Shown here: positions 13,080 to 26,625 of the stretch, piece after piece
How positions within the stretch are numbered: position 1 is the first letter of the stretch
Layout: each line of letters begins with the position of its first letter
Assembly (NCBI RefSeq): GCF_006345805.1
Contig: NC_042999.1
Span: 97,836,001 to 97,900,000, forward strand
DNA: 64,000 nucleotides
DNA from: Octopus sinensis
Taxonomy: Eukaryota
Direction of reading: 5' to 3'
Notes under the pieces: generated by a model
Seen by the model: the letters and a program-made list of their open reading frames with translations, nothing else
Databases searched by the model: none
What the model was told of the DNA's origin: nothing
Translations under genes and position numbers: made by a program

Positions 13080-13366
13080 TACTGCTGTTGTTCCATGGTG
13101 ATCATCATGAACACCACAACTACCAGGATAATACATCAATCACATCAACCATCCTCTGCCATCGCCACCACCATTGCATTGTTCTATTTATCCTTTTTTT
13201 TTTGTATTCTCTGTGTGTATATGTGCATACGCATAGGCAGACAGACATATATACATAGATAGCTAAACAGACAGATTGATAGACTGACAGACAGGCAGAC
13301 AGACAAATAGAGAGAGATAGAGAGAGACAGAGAGAGACAGAGAGTGAGACAGACAGACAGAGAGAC

Positions 13367-13439
<73 letters not shown>

Positions 13440-14473
13440 TGTAATTAGGCAGAGCTAGACAGATAGGCAGGCAGATACACACACACACAGATACATGCAA
13501 GTATATGTTTAAGCATTTGTTATTAAATGTGCGTTTGTGTGTGTGCATGTGTGTGTGTGTGTATGCGTATGAGTGCGTGTGCGCGCGCAAGCGCGCGTCT
13601 ATGTGTGTGCCCCAGCTGTCAGCGAACACTGTATTCAAGACCAAAAGCCATCCCTCCGTTAACGCCCTTTTTGCTACGCCATAATACCGTAAGTGAGCAG
13701 CAGCTAGCTTTTGTTACCTCCCGCTGGCGCCCACCTACCACTTCTTCCTTTCTCTTCCTTTATCTTTCATTACTTTCTTCAAGACGAGGTGGATTGATAA
13801 GGATACATACGTAAACGCCTCCATTGTGTGTTTCTGCGTGTATTTCTGACTTTATCTGTGTGTGTTTATGCGTCACTGAGTGTTTTCTTCTATATATCTA
13901 CCTACCCACCTCTCTTCCATTCACAGTCTCTTTCTCTCTGTCCCCCTCTCTCTCATCCACAGCTTCTCTCTCTCCCCCTTTCTCTCTCTCTCTCTTTCTC
14001 TCATCCATTTCTTTCTTTCACACTTTTAGTGCAAGATATCGCTTATCGTATTTTCTAGTCGATGGACATCTTTATTCATGTGGAGCAGATCCTACACCAC
14101 ACTTCCCGTCGATCATATATCGCCCGGACAACATATTACGTGATATTATATTATAAAAAAACACCGATCGTCTGCTTCAGTCATTTGATTACAAGGCTGG
14201 ACATTCTCGACAAATAAAAAGCTCATTCGAACTAACCATGTGCATGATTCTGTGTCGTCTGCTTGTCATCATATAAGATTTACTTGAGGGATTGACTAGG
14301 ACACTTTTGATTAAAGGGCATTTTTAACAGACTTGAGAACATCTTGTTCTCCGTTCGCTCTTTATCATTCACACCACCTTTCCTTGTCGGTTCATTAATG
14401 GAAGAATCAGTCTACCTATCAGTTTAACTATTTATATATCAATATCAATATATATGCGTACATTCATACATGC

Positions 14474-14507
<34 letters not shown>

Positions 14508-14955
14508 CATGTTTAAGTGGTTGTCTTAGATGGTTATACTCGACACCACCCTCTCTTATTTAACATCCAGGATATATGAAGGAACATGGTCATGCATCAG
14601 TGCTATCAACCCAAGGAGAATGAATGGCGAAGTTGACCTCGGCAAGATTTGAACTCAGGACGCAGAGATGCAGAACAAATACGGCAAGGCAATCTATCCA
14701 AATGCTTCAAAGACCCTGCCAGTTCACCCAATCTTATAATCAGTTATGTAAAAACTTAGCCTTTGTATCACGAAGGTAGAAAGAGGGAGGAGTTAATGCT
14801 TCAACCGAAAAAGAAAATGAAGACTATTTGTCAAAGGAGAAATTTTTCTCTTTTGTTATCCCCATATATTACTTTCCCTCTCTTCTTCTCTTCCTCCCTC
14901 TATCTTACTCTGCTCACTATCTCTCTCCTTTTCTCTTTCCTTCTCTCTCCCCTTA

Positions 14956-15058
14956 TCTCTCTCTCCCTCAATTTCTCTCTCTCTCTCCCTCAATTTCTCT
15001 CTCTCCCTCAATTTCTCTCTCTCCCTCAATTTCTCTCTCTCCCTCAATTTCTCTCTCT
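14956..15058. repeat. ~18-bp minisatellite (ctctctccctcaatttct) x~5
   Basis: Direct reading. Confidence 0.85.
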
Positions 15059-15119
15059 AACACACACACACACACACACACAGACTTATATAGCGACTTC
15101 TCAATATTTAAGGCGAAAC

Positions 15120-15462
15120 CAAGGTAGCAAGCTAGCAAAATCGTTAGCACGCCGGATAAAATGTTTAGTAGCATTTCGTCCGCCTTTACGTTCTGGATTC
15201 AAAATCCGCTAAGGTCGGTTTTGCCTTTCATCCTTTCGGGGTAAATAAAATAAGTACCAGTTGAACACTGAGGTCAATGTAATCGACTTACCCACTCCCC
15301 GAAATAGCTGGCCTTGTGCCAAAATTTGAAATCAATATTTGAGCCGAAACTAAGGTGGCAAGCTGAGAGAATCTTTAGCACGCCGGATAAAATACTTACT
15401 GGCATTTCGTTCGCCTTTACGTTCTGAGTTCAAATTCCGCTCAGGTCAAATTTAACTTTCAA
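15120..15462 (+). mobile_element. Two adjacent SINE family B copies (short-tail variant)
   Basis: gttagcacgccggataaa...gcatttcgt.cgcctttacgttctg occurs twice; the first ends ...ggccttgtgccaaaatttgaaatcaatatt. Confidence 0.8.
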
Positions 15463-16504
15463 CTATAGTACATCGCATTGAGGAATATATATGATGCCTA
15501 TTTTTCGTAGCAGATCGAGCAAGCGTGTCTCGTTGACTACGTAAAGTTTAGTTGTATAGAAAAAAAAATTACAACTAAACCTTTTGAAGTTTTGTTATTT
15601 AATCTGATTAATTATATCCTTAATTAGTTATCACATTGAGAATTAAAATTTAAAACTATGTCGCGGATGCACATGATATGCATAACGGGGGATTTAGTGA
15701 AAATTAGATTTCAGGTTTAAAATAATCTCTCGCTTACTTCTTGTATACTACCTGAATTGAAATAATTTTTGTTGGCTGATGATGGATCTCTGTCGTTCAA
15801 CGATGAAGATTCAATTGTTCGATCAAATGAATTACCTACTCTTGAATTAACATGTAAGTAGCTGGGTATTTCCACTAAAACGTGTTTCCTTAACGTAATT
15901 TTCAGACAAAATCAACATGATACAGTGTGTGAGAATGCTAAACCCTTTAACATACTGTAGGTGTATCATGTTACCATATGAGTTTTCTACCCTGTAGTAA
16001 CTGGGCAGTGGCAGGAAAAACAATTCTAAAGAAAATGCTAAAATTAAGCTTTTACCTATCCAGTTTCAATTCACAAGGTATGGGTCGACTAGATGCCATA
16101 AAAAATTATATTTGCCCAATATGCCATGCAGTAGGATCGAACTCAGCACCTCGCGGTTGCGAAGCCAACTTCTAAGCTATTCTACCATGATGTGCCTATT
16201 CGTTATTAGTGAGTATAAATAAGATTAAACATAAAACTATAAGTATAAAATTCATAACAGTACATAGATAGATAGGGTGACGTGGCTATGTATGTAATAT
16301 AGTGAGTTGATAAAGTGTGGTCAACTTGGAGACTATCAGAGTAATTCGTAAATTAAGCATATCGCGCGGGAGATATATTTAAAATTTAAAAACCAATCAG
16401 CAAAGGAGATAAATCCCCAAAAGGCACTATAAACCTGTGGTTCTCAGTGTTTTGATTCACTTTCCCTTCGATTTTCAAGGAGAGAAAAAAACATGCAACC
16501 CACC

Positions 16505-16722
16505 ATGTGGGGCGGGGGGGTAGGTTTCGAATTTTGGCACAGGGCCAGCAATTTCTGGGAAGGAGTAAGTCGATCACATCAACTGCAGTGCTCAAATGGT
16601 AGTTATTTTATTGACCCCGAAAGGAAGAAAGGTACAGTTGGAATTTCGGCTCAGAACGTAAAGACGGACGAAATACCGCTAAGCATTTTGGCCCGCGTGT
16701 GAACTATTCTACCAGCTCACCA
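16505..16722 (-). mobile_element. SINE family B (short-tail variant)
   Basis: tttcgaattttggcacagggcc...gaccccgaaagga...ctcagaacgtaaagacggacgaaataccgctaagcattt. Confidence 0.8.
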
Positions 16723-16731
16723 ACTCTGGTG

Positions 16732-16778
<47 letters not shown>

Positions 16779-17631
16779 TGCGTGCGTGCGTGTGTGCGTG
16801 TGTAATGCATTTATATATGTATGTATATATATGTATATATGTATATATATGTGTATATATCTCTCTCTCTCACTTTTATTTGATCTGTCCCCTTCTCTCT
16901 CTACTCATCCTCTTTTTCTCTTCTCTTTCCTCTGATTCTTTGGTCTAATCTTCCACTAACCCTCCTATTTCTTTGTTCTCGCTCTGCTCTGCACGCACAG
17001 GTCAATCTTCGACACCCATCCCTTCTCCTCTCTGATTCCTTCTTTCTCTCTCTTCTCTCTCTTGTGTTGCGTTTGTCCCTCCTCTCTCTCTCTCCTCTCT
17101 CTCTCTCTTCCGTTGCTTCTCTTTCTTTTCTTTCTCTCTTCTCTGTCACGTGACTGCTGGCCGAAATCTGCCTTTCAGCTTCTGACCAGCGTCGTGTTAA
17201 CATCGTTGTTTTTCGTCCGCCGCATAGCATCGCCGATAAGGCTCCTTTCCTTGCGCCAGAGAAAAAAAATTTGTTTGCTTGTTATCAGTCGTAAGACACT
17301 TGTTGTTGTTTTCACCGTTAATGCTTCTGTATTTCATGTTTCTGTATTCCATTATTTTTATATTCGTCCCTTTTGGTGTCCTGGTGTCCGTATGCATTCG
17401 ATCCTTCTTCCAGGAAATCTACCCTCCCAGCTTAGTTTTTCTAATGCTCGTTGCTTAGTTTTTCTTGGAGGGCTGGCCGTGATTTAGTAATCTCAAGATT
17501 AATCAGCCGAAATTACTACGATGATCCGGTTCTTGACTGAAGACTGAGGGTTTCGAATGTCTGTCCGTGTTTATGTATCGTCTTCTAAGAGTTATACGTT
17601 CTTGTCCATGTTGTATTTTTCTACATACCTT

Positions 17632-17741
<110 letters not shown>

Positions 17742-18446
17742 CATATATAATGTATATATGCACATATAATGTGCATGTATACTAACATTACGATCGCGAA
17801 ATTAGCATTAGCTTATCTCACTCTTTCTCGCGGAAGCCCTAGGAAGTTTGTGCGGAACCCCGGTTGAGAAATGCTGCTCTAAAGTATGAAAATGGCAAGA
17901 GATGATACCATATGAGTATAGCGAGTAAACGGTAGAATCAGTGGATTGTTAGACAAATCGCATTGTGGTATTTGGTGGTGTCCTATCACATTTGCTAATT
18001 TTTCCGAGATCAATAAATGTACTTTTTCTTTTTTTTTTGTCATCAGATTGAAACGACCCTTGGTGATATCCTTGACAAACGCTATGGGTTTGTTACGGAA
18101 AAGTCTATTGCCTTCCTTCCAGTATTTTCTACATGGTACCAATTTGTCGATTTTTACAGAGTATTATCTTGTCGGTTAGATACAGACAAGTTCGCCACAG
18201 TTGCCTGGGCAACCAGAACAAAGCTCTTGAATAAATCCTGCAAAGTATTTTGTCCTACGAATTAACAATTCTGCCAAACTAACCCTGATGGGTACTTGAA
18301 AAAATAATAAGTACGAATCGATAAAATAAGTTATGGCATCCTTGTAAACTACTGTACCCAACAAATGCAGTGCTGAAGCACAATGTTGAAACAGGGCCAC
18401 AATCCACTACCTAAAAACTATATTTTGCAAAAAATATAAACATATT

Positions 18447-18860
18447 TACTCTTTACTCTTTTACTTGTTTCAGTCATTTGACTGCGGCCATGCTGGAACA
18501 CCGCTTTTAGTCGAGCAAATCGACCCCGGGACTTATTCTTTGTAAGCCCAGTACTTATTCTATCGGTCTCTTTTGCCGAACCGCTAAGTGACGGGGACGT
18601 AAATACACCAGCATCGTTTGTCAAGTGATGTTGGGCGGACAAACACAGACACACAAACATATACACACACTTATATATATATATATACATATATACGACG
18701 GGCTTCTTTCAATTTCCGTCTACCAAATCCACTCACAAGGCATTGGTCGGCCCGGGGCTATAGCAGAAGACACTTGCCCAAGATGCCACGCAGTGGGACT
18801 GAACCCGGAACCATGTGGTTGGTTAGCAAGCTACTTACCACACAGCCACTCCTGCGCCTA
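18447..18860 (-). mobile_element. SINE family A, full length, low divergence
   Basis: Complete from the (ttactct) tail to ...ccacacagccactcctgcgcc; near-identical to 60296-60704 and 61417-61968. Confidence 0.92.
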
Positions 18861-19348
18861 TTTGTAGGTTATTATTATATGCAGCGAATAAATTAATATA
18901 TATTGGTTTTACAAAGGACGAAACACATTCGCCAACAAAAGATAAACAAAAACAAATTTTGGTAGAAAATAAGGTAGCACAAATTTGAAGAAAAAAGGGA
19001 AGCGGTGGATTGGTGGCAACAGATCGTTAGACAAAGCATCTTGTCGCATTTAGTTATTATAATTTCAAATCCAACTTAGTTGTTTCTTTTCCTTACTTCT
19101 CAGATGTTTTTCCGCCTTTGGAAACCAATTACAGCTAGTAATTTGAGACATAAAACCTTTTTATTTATTATTCTTAACCATTTAATCTAGATTTCTAACA
19201 CACTTCTTAATGTTCTATGAATTCCTTATAAAATACTTGAGAAACATTCTGTTCTTATTTTTTATTCTTATTTCTCTTGATCTTTTTACTTTCACAGACC
19301 TTGCCTAGAGACTCTATTACATTTATCATCTCAATATTATGTTTCAAT

Positions 19349-19736
19349 GTGGAGGCGCAATGGCCCAGTGGTTAGGGCAGCGGACTCGCGGTCATAGGAT
19401 CGCGGTTTCGATTCCCAGACCGGGCGTTGTGAGTGTTTATTGAGCGAAAACACCAAAAGCTCCACGAGGCTCCGGCAGGGGATGGTGGTGATCCCTGCTG
19501 TACTCTTTCACCACAACTTTCTCTCACTCTTACTTCCTGCTTCTGTTGTACCTGTATTTCAAAGGGCCGGCCTTGTCACTCTCTGTGTCACGCTGAATAT
19601 CCCCGAGAACTACGTTAAGGGTACACGTGTCTGTGGAGTGCTCAGCCACTTACACGTCAATTTCACGAGCAGGCTGTTCCGTTGATTCGGATCAACCGGA
19701 ACCCTCGTCGTCGTAACCGACGGAGTGCTTCCATCC
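19349..19736 (+). mobile_element. SINE family D, tail variant 1, with TSD
   Basis: tRNA-like A box tggcccagtggttagg and B box ggtttcgattccc; 13-bp TSD attatgtttcaat (19336-19348) / attatgattcaat (19737-19749). Confidence 0.9.
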
Positions 19737-21104
19737 ATTATGATTCAATATTTGCAAACTCTCTTAACTATTACTCGATCCTCACTCGCAATCTCAATCA
19801 TTTCACATGTTCATTATGACAATATTGTATTCTCTACTCTTTATTATATGTTCGCATTGGAATATGAAATTTTTCTTTAAAAATTTGTCACTTGACTCGC
19901 TTATAGTGGGGTCATATAATTTCGCTGTTCTCTGCATTTTTAATTTTCATTTACTTATTTATTTGTTTATCTATCTATGTATTTATTTTGTCATAATTTC
20001 CAGCAACCTATGTATGTAGATTAATGTTTTACCTTATATTTCTTCAGAGCAAATTTACTGCATTTACTTCTCAAATATTCTATAAATCGTCATAGCTATT
20101 CATCCTTTCGGGTTCGATAAAACAAGTACTATTTGAACACTGGGGTTGATGTGCCCTTCCCCAAAAGTTCAGACCTTGTACCAATAAGTATTGTGTATTC
20201 ATATCTATATATTTATTCATCTTTCTTAAAAGCCATCCATCGTTTACCTGAAGCCATAAATATTTTAGTCGAACATTCGGAACATCCCACCTTTCATAGT
20301 CTCTTCTAATAGCATTTCTATATAATTTCCTGCGTACCATGCTACATCATTTCACCCCGTCTCTGTACATTCTGTTCGGCAAATTAACCTGCCACCTCAT
20401 TTTACAGGGTATATAAATCCCCTTGACTTTGGTCTTTGAGTGCAACGCCCCATATATTATCACCATATTTAGAAGTGTCTTAACTTAAGTAACCTTCTCT
20501 ACTATATTCCGTTCTAAGACTCCTCCGATATCCCTCGAAAGAGATATAGCACATGTATTCTAAATATAACTAGCACACATTAGCCTAGCTCTAATCCTTA
20601 ATTCAAACGATCGTCTGAATTCTTTTATTTAAAGAACTTTTGTCTCAGTTTAAAATTTAATTAACTGATAATATATTACAGTTCTGTTATTAATTTTGCA
20701 TAACTAAAACTCTCCAGAATTTAATCGTAAATCCCAAGCCAATATTTCCATCAAGGTTCGTACAAAAGAGTCTAATATTTTGTTTTCCATTCATTTACTC
20801 ATACATTTTGCAGTCAACTTCCTCATATTCTCTTGAATCCATTCAATCTCTAAACAGTCATGGAATCCAGCAGCCTGGAACTGTGTCTTAAGCTTTTATG
20901 TAATCGATCCATGCCATTGCAAGATTTGCATGCCGATACTTCAAACTGTAGAATATAATTTGTCTGCAAATTCTACTCTTGCTTTGGAATCTGTAGTACC
21001 ATGGTGGTAAAGTATCCTGGCTGTCTACATATCTACATATATGTATATGTATGCATATATATGCAGACACACACACACACACACATATTTGTGTGCGTGT
21101 GTGT

Positions 21105-21310
21105 GTGACCGCGTGTGTATCGTTGGCGATTTTTTCCTCCGTCTTCCCTTCCTTGGATCTTTCCTTTTTCTATGTTTCTGACGAAGAGCTCCGCTCGAAA
21201 CGTTAATTCCTCCTTCTTTCTTTCCTTTCCTGAGCGTCCAATAACGCTAGACTTGTTCCACGTCCTCGCGTTTTTGTGTTTTCTCTTTGTGTTTTCATGT
21301 TTGGATTAAC
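21105..21310 (+). mobile_element. Short hammerhead-bearing module (probable Penelope pLTR remnant)
   Basis: Homologous in reverse to 62340-62575; lies between (GT)n and (TA)n; contains the motif at 21174-21208. Confidence 0.6.
21174..21208 (+). ncRNA. Minimal type I hammerhead ribozyme motif
   Basis: gttt-CTGACGA-A-GAGC-tcc-GCTC-GAA-ACGT-T-aatt: canonical core, 4-bp helix II, palindromic ACGT helix III; helix I weakened in this copy. Confidence 0.6.
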
Positions 21311-21730
21311 TATATATATATATAAGGGCGAGCTATGCATTAATTTCAACTCTACTTTTTAATAACTGCGTGTATTATTATCTCTGTTCATAATTTCACA
21401 TTGTTGTCTAAAATTATTACTTATGTTGACTCACTAATGGGGTCTTTCAAACACAAAACATTCCTACGTTTGTCAAGCCTTCTAGCAAAAGTTATCAATA
21501 ATCAGCATCTAATTCTCTAAAATTATTTTTTCTGGCAATGTGGTATAGAAAATGTGATATAGAAAACCCTTAAGAAAGACTGTTTTCCTTATTCACCAAA
21601 TTATTTCCTTTAACCGATATAGTATTAAACTACACTGAATGTATTCCAAACTTCTTTCTTGCTATGTCAAAGCTATTGTAAAGATCATCAATATATTCTT
21701 ATGCCTTTTAACATAATCATATATATATAT

Positions 21731-22956
21731 GGGTTGGACAAAATAATGGAAACACCTTAAAATTTCAAGCAAATTTATTTTAATATGGAGTAGAACCACC
21801 TTTGGCAGTAATTACAGCTTGAATTCTACGAGGTATGGACTTGTACAAAGTTTGAATTGTTTCCAAAGGAATTTTTGTCCATTCATCAACTAAAACAGTT
21901 CTTGTACTGATGATCCTGGAGGATATCGACTCCTTACTTGTTTTTTCTAAAATGCACCAAAAATGTTCAATAATAAATGAGATCTAGGGATTGTGGAGGC
22001 CAGATAAGATGTTCAACTTCACTAGAATGTTCCTCGTGCCATTCAGTAACAACTTTAGCTCTGTGAATTGGTGCCTTATCATCCCGATAGATTGCGTTTC
22101 CCTCCGGAGACAGTTCCACAGCCATAGGATGAATTTGATCAAATGAAATACTTAAATAGTCTTGACTATTAATTCTGCCATGAAGGAAAAACATTGGGCC
22201 GGCGGATTTCTAAGTTATAGCCCCCCCCCCCCCCCCCCATCATCACAGATCCCCCTCCATGTTTAACAGTTGGAAGAATGCAGTCTGTCTTCACACGTAT
22301 ACTCGGTCGGTGGTCGGAAATAAGGTAAAGAATGACTCGTCCGAGAAAATAACATTCTTCCATTGCTCCAGGGACCATTTCTGTAGGTTTTTACTCCACT
22401 CTAAACGCTTTGCGGCGTTTGTTTTTGAAAGTAGTGATTTTCTGATTGAAGCCCTCCCGTGAAATTCGGCTTTGTGCAGCTCCCGGCAAACAGTTTTTGT
22501 GAAAACTGAGTTCTTGAGGTGGTCATTAAGCTCTGCAGTAAATTTGTGATCCTTTCTAACAATTCGCGTAAGATTTTGACAGTCCCTATCTGAAAATTTT
22601 GGTTTTCTTCCGGAGTTTTGTTTCGACGAGGAGGTTTTTCCCTCTTTCTCAAGTGCTGTCATTACTTTCGAGATAGTATTTTCCTGATACATCAAACATT
22701 TCGGCTGTTTTCGTTACGCTACCATCAACAATTTGACCTCTTTGAAAGTACGATAGATCTGTTATTTTAATGAATTTTAATTACCTTTTTCTTATTATAT
22801 CTGAAAAGAAACAGAAATTTTAGCAAAACATATTAAGCAACAGTAATAATAAATCAAAGAACATTAAAAAAAAAACAAGCTTTTGACGGCTTTATAGAAA
22901 TTTCAAAATTATGATGCTATGATGCTAGGTGTTTACATTATTTTGTCCAACCCCTG
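21731..22956 (-). mobile_element. Tc1-family DNA transposon, near full length, frameshifted transposase
   Basis: TIRs gggttggacaaaataatggaaacacct (21731-21757) / aggtgtttacattattttgtccaacccctg-TA (22927-22958). ORF pieces carry SGRKPK, WKNVIFSDES, TVKHGGGSVM, DDKAPIH (QDNAPIH-like) and WPPQSLDL. Confidence 0.95.
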
Positions 22957-23419
22957 TATATCGTACAAATATACCATACATACACATATATTTATACATG
23001 CTGCGAATGCATAGTGGTGTGGGTTCGAATCCCATGCATACTTTTTTCCATCGAGGGCTTATAGGCACCAATATTAGACTATTTACGTTAGTCAATGCAC
23101 GGTGATTGCTTATGAGCTTTAAGCTTATAAAATATTATTACATATATATGTGCACGCGCGCGCGCGCGTGTGTGTGTGAGTATGTCTGTATACGTGTATG
23201 TATATCGTGCTTGAATAATGTATATAGTTATGTAACTGTGTATACATATTACCATACGTAAATATGCTTTTACACATTAATGCATTTAAACATTAAGTTT
23301 CTTAGGTGATATGTTTTGGCGTATTTGAGTGTGTGTATCTGTGTGTTAAGTCAGTATGTGTATATGTTTGTATGTAATTATGTGTATGTGAGTGCTTGTA
23401 TAAAAGTATGATTAGTCTT

Positions 23420-23643
23420 GAGCTACCAGAAACGTTAGCACGACGGGCGAAATGCTTAGTGGTATTTCATCTGCCGTTACGTTCTGAGTTCAAATTCCGC
23501 CGAGGTCGACTTTGCCTTTCAGCTTTTCGGGGTCGATAAATTAAGTACCAGTTACGCACTGGGGTCGATGTAATCGACTTAATCCATTTGTCTGTCCTTG
23601 TTTGTCCCCTCTGTGTTTAGCTCCTTGTGGGCAGTAAAGAAAT
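23420..23643 (+). mobile_element. SINE family B monomer
   Basis: gagctaccagaaacgttagcacgacgggcgaaatgc...gagttcaaattccgccgaggtcgac...gtgggcagtaaagaaat. Confidence 0.9.
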
Positions 23644-23910
23644 ATATATAGCTTTTTCCATAGATAATATGTTTGAGCATTTGTTTGTGTGTGTTTGTGT
23701 GTGTGTGTGTGTGTGTATGTGCGTGTGTTTGTGTGTGTACGTGTGTGTGTGTATAAGTGTATGAAAGATAATTGTTTGCTCGATATATGCCGGTGTTTGT
23801 GTGAGTGCATGCGCGTGCATTTGTGTGTATGTATGTTGTGAGCAAGCGTGTGAGTACACATCTTTGAGTTTATACATCCAGTTATCGTGTTTGGGTGCGG
23901 CTGTGTTTGC

Positions 23911-23949
<39 letters not shown>

Positions 23950-24000
23950 TGTGTGTATGTGTGTGTGTATATGTATGTGTGAGCGAGTGTGTATATACTG

Positions 24001-24031
<31 letters not shown>

Positions 24032-24149
24032 TGTGTGTGTGTGTGTGTATGCGCGTGTGTGCTAATCGCTAGACAAATGCAAGTGAATGAACGTTAGATA
24101 AATTAAAGAGAATTGAGCTCTGACGAACGCCATCGGAAGAGAACGTAAG

Positions 24150-24184
<35 letters not shown>

Positions 24185-24829
24185 TGTTACACACATTCAC
24201 GCACACATAGATACTCACAGAGACATTCATACACAGATACACATGTGCGCACACACACACACACAAGCACGCACACATGCACGTGCACACGCACATGCAC
24301 ACACACACACAGAGACACACGCACGTGCGCGCGCACATACACACACACACACACATACATGCATATATGCTAACGATTGACAACGAGGCCAAAACCTCGT
24401 TGCCGTTTTAAGATGGCGGTTTTGACCGACTGACTTCACGGTTTGTAGACGAAACGCTACCTAAATGTCTAAAACTTCAAAAGAAACCATTGGGCTAGAA
24501 GTCAAAGGCTCGTTCTGTACATGGAATGTGTGTTAGCGGTTTGGTAATGGAATAGAATAAGAGATAAAAGAATATAGAGACGAAACGAGGGGAAGTGAGA
24601 GGGAAATATGAAAACGGGAGGGAAAGAGAGGGAGGAAATGATTTAAGAGAATGTAAGGAAGAAAAGAAAGAAAGGGAAAGAAAAAAGAGGAAAGCAGCAA
24701 AAAAGAAAAATGAGAAAAATAAAGAGAGTAAGAGAAAGGATGGCAAAAGTGAAGTAGAGAAAAAAGAAAGACTAGAAAATAAAATAAATATCTGGAATTG
24801 AATGTTAAAAATTTAATTAAGAAAATAAA

Positions 24830-25051
24830 TTGAACGGAGGAAAAGATGAAAGAGAGAAAGAGAAAGAGAGAGAGAAAGATGGAGGGAAGGAGGAATAGAA
24901 AGAAAGAAAGATTGAAAGAAAGGAAGGAAGGAAGAAGGAAAGAAAGAAAGGCTGATTGAAACTGAAAATATGGGTATGATGGGTGAAGGCAGAAAAGGAA
25001 TAAGCAGACAGGGAAAATTAATGAATGAAGAAACAACGGATGAAGGAGGAC

Positions 25052-25111
<60 letters not shown>

Positions 25112-25273
25112 AAAAAGAAGGAAAGAAAGAAAGAATGTAAGAAAGAAAGAAGGAAAGAAGGACAGAAAGAAGGCAAGAAAGGAGGAAAGAAAGAAAGAAA
25201 GAAAGAAGGAAGGAAAGAAAGAAAGAAAGAAAGAAAAAAGAAAGAAAGAAAGAAAGAAGGAAGGAATGAAGGA

Positions 25274-25305
<32 letters not shown>

Positions 25306-25350
25306 AGGAAGTAAGGAAGGAAGGAAGGAAAGAAAGAAAGAAGGAAGGAA

Positions 25351-25416
<66 letters not shown>

Positions 25417-25470
25417 AGGAAAGAAAGAAAGCCAGGAAGGGAGGAAGAAAGAAAGAATGAAAGAAAATAC
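24830..25470. repeat. Polypurine (GAAA)n/(GGAA)n tract
   Basis: Direct reading; source of the KERK/FLSF pseudo-ORFs. Confidence 0.95.
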
Positions 25471-25780
25471 ATAAATTATAAGTGAAATAAAGAGTGAATG
25501 AATGAAAAGAATGAAAATTGAATCTTGTTGCCTATTTAGTTTTCTGTATGAGTGGATAAGGCAACGGGGCAGCCATTTAAGAAGTCTGGTTTGTATAAAG
25601 TCGTTAATATTGTGTTAGGAGGCCTGGTCAATATACTTCTCTCAAAATGGCTCAATGAGTTCAAATGCGGAACTGGAGTTTCGTTATGTCTAAGGGAATA
25701 TTTATTATTATTATTATTATTCGATTTGACTCAGGTGTGTTCGTGTTCTTATTCCTGATAGAATTTATGTAGGTAGCGAG

Positions 25781-25965
25781 TTACCTCCGCCTTCGTTAAG
25801 GCGGAGGTATTGTTTTCAGTCACGTTTGTTTGTTTGTTTGTTTGTCTGTCTGTCTGTCTGTGAGTAAGATAGGTATCTCAAGAAGCGCTGGATGGATTAG
25901 GATGAAACTTTCATGGATGTTTGGTGGGATCGATCCGGTACGGACAACACTGGTTATTTTTCCTG
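25781..25965 (+). mobile_element. Helentron-associated non-autonomous element (HINE/DINE-1-like) terminal fragment
   Basis: Perfect 12-bp inverted repeat tacctccgcctt-cgtt-aaggcggaggta (25782-25809), then a (GTTT)n(GTCT)n tract and ggatggattaggatgaaacttt: the subterminal-hairpin plus GTCY layout of HINEs. Confidence 0.65.
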
Positions 25966-25994
25966 TTTTTTTTTTTTTACTTAAATGTTTTATA

Positions 25995-26072
<78 letters not shown>

Positions 26073-26591
26073 CGATACACATAAGGGGGGAAATATAATT
26101 AATTTAATAAAATTAATAAATTTCACCTAGTAGTTTTTTCGGTATGGAAATGACCATATTCGGTAAGGATTATATATAATAATAATAAAGGGTTAATTGC
26201 AACAATTTGCTTAAACCACATACCGAAAATATTAGAAATAGCAGCCAAATAGGTTACCATTACTACTACTAGAAAAATAAGTCTCCACAAACAAATAGAA
26301 TTTGTAACCCGTATATGGTAAAGAGAAAGAAGATAACGCAATCACAGCCTACTTGGATCAATTATGGACGAATTCGTTTCTGGATTGGAATCGAAAATGC
26401 ATTTCCTTATCAACATAATATTTCCTATAAATCTAGAAATGCTAGGAAAAAAACTCACCCATCATATTAATTCGACCAGGCGACATCGAACGATATAACG
26501 ATAATCGAACGGTCTGCCAGCATCTCCACATTTATATAGACAGGCGAATTCGTATCTCCCTCCAAAATTTCACCACGTGAGTTACTATATA

Positions 26592-26625
<34 letters not shown>

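Noticed and set aside
17855-17877. hAT-like terminal motifs (ggttgagaaatgctg; also gcgggccgcagtttgctcatgactg at ~47422-47446)
   Set aside because: Only single ends were seen, with no partner TIR or 8-bp TSD; too weak to call.
19349-19425. tRNA-like cloverleaf heads (also ~54330-54400 and ~13005-13079)
   Set aside because: They continue directly into multi-copy SINE bodies, two of them with TSDs; these are SINE heads, not tRNA genes.
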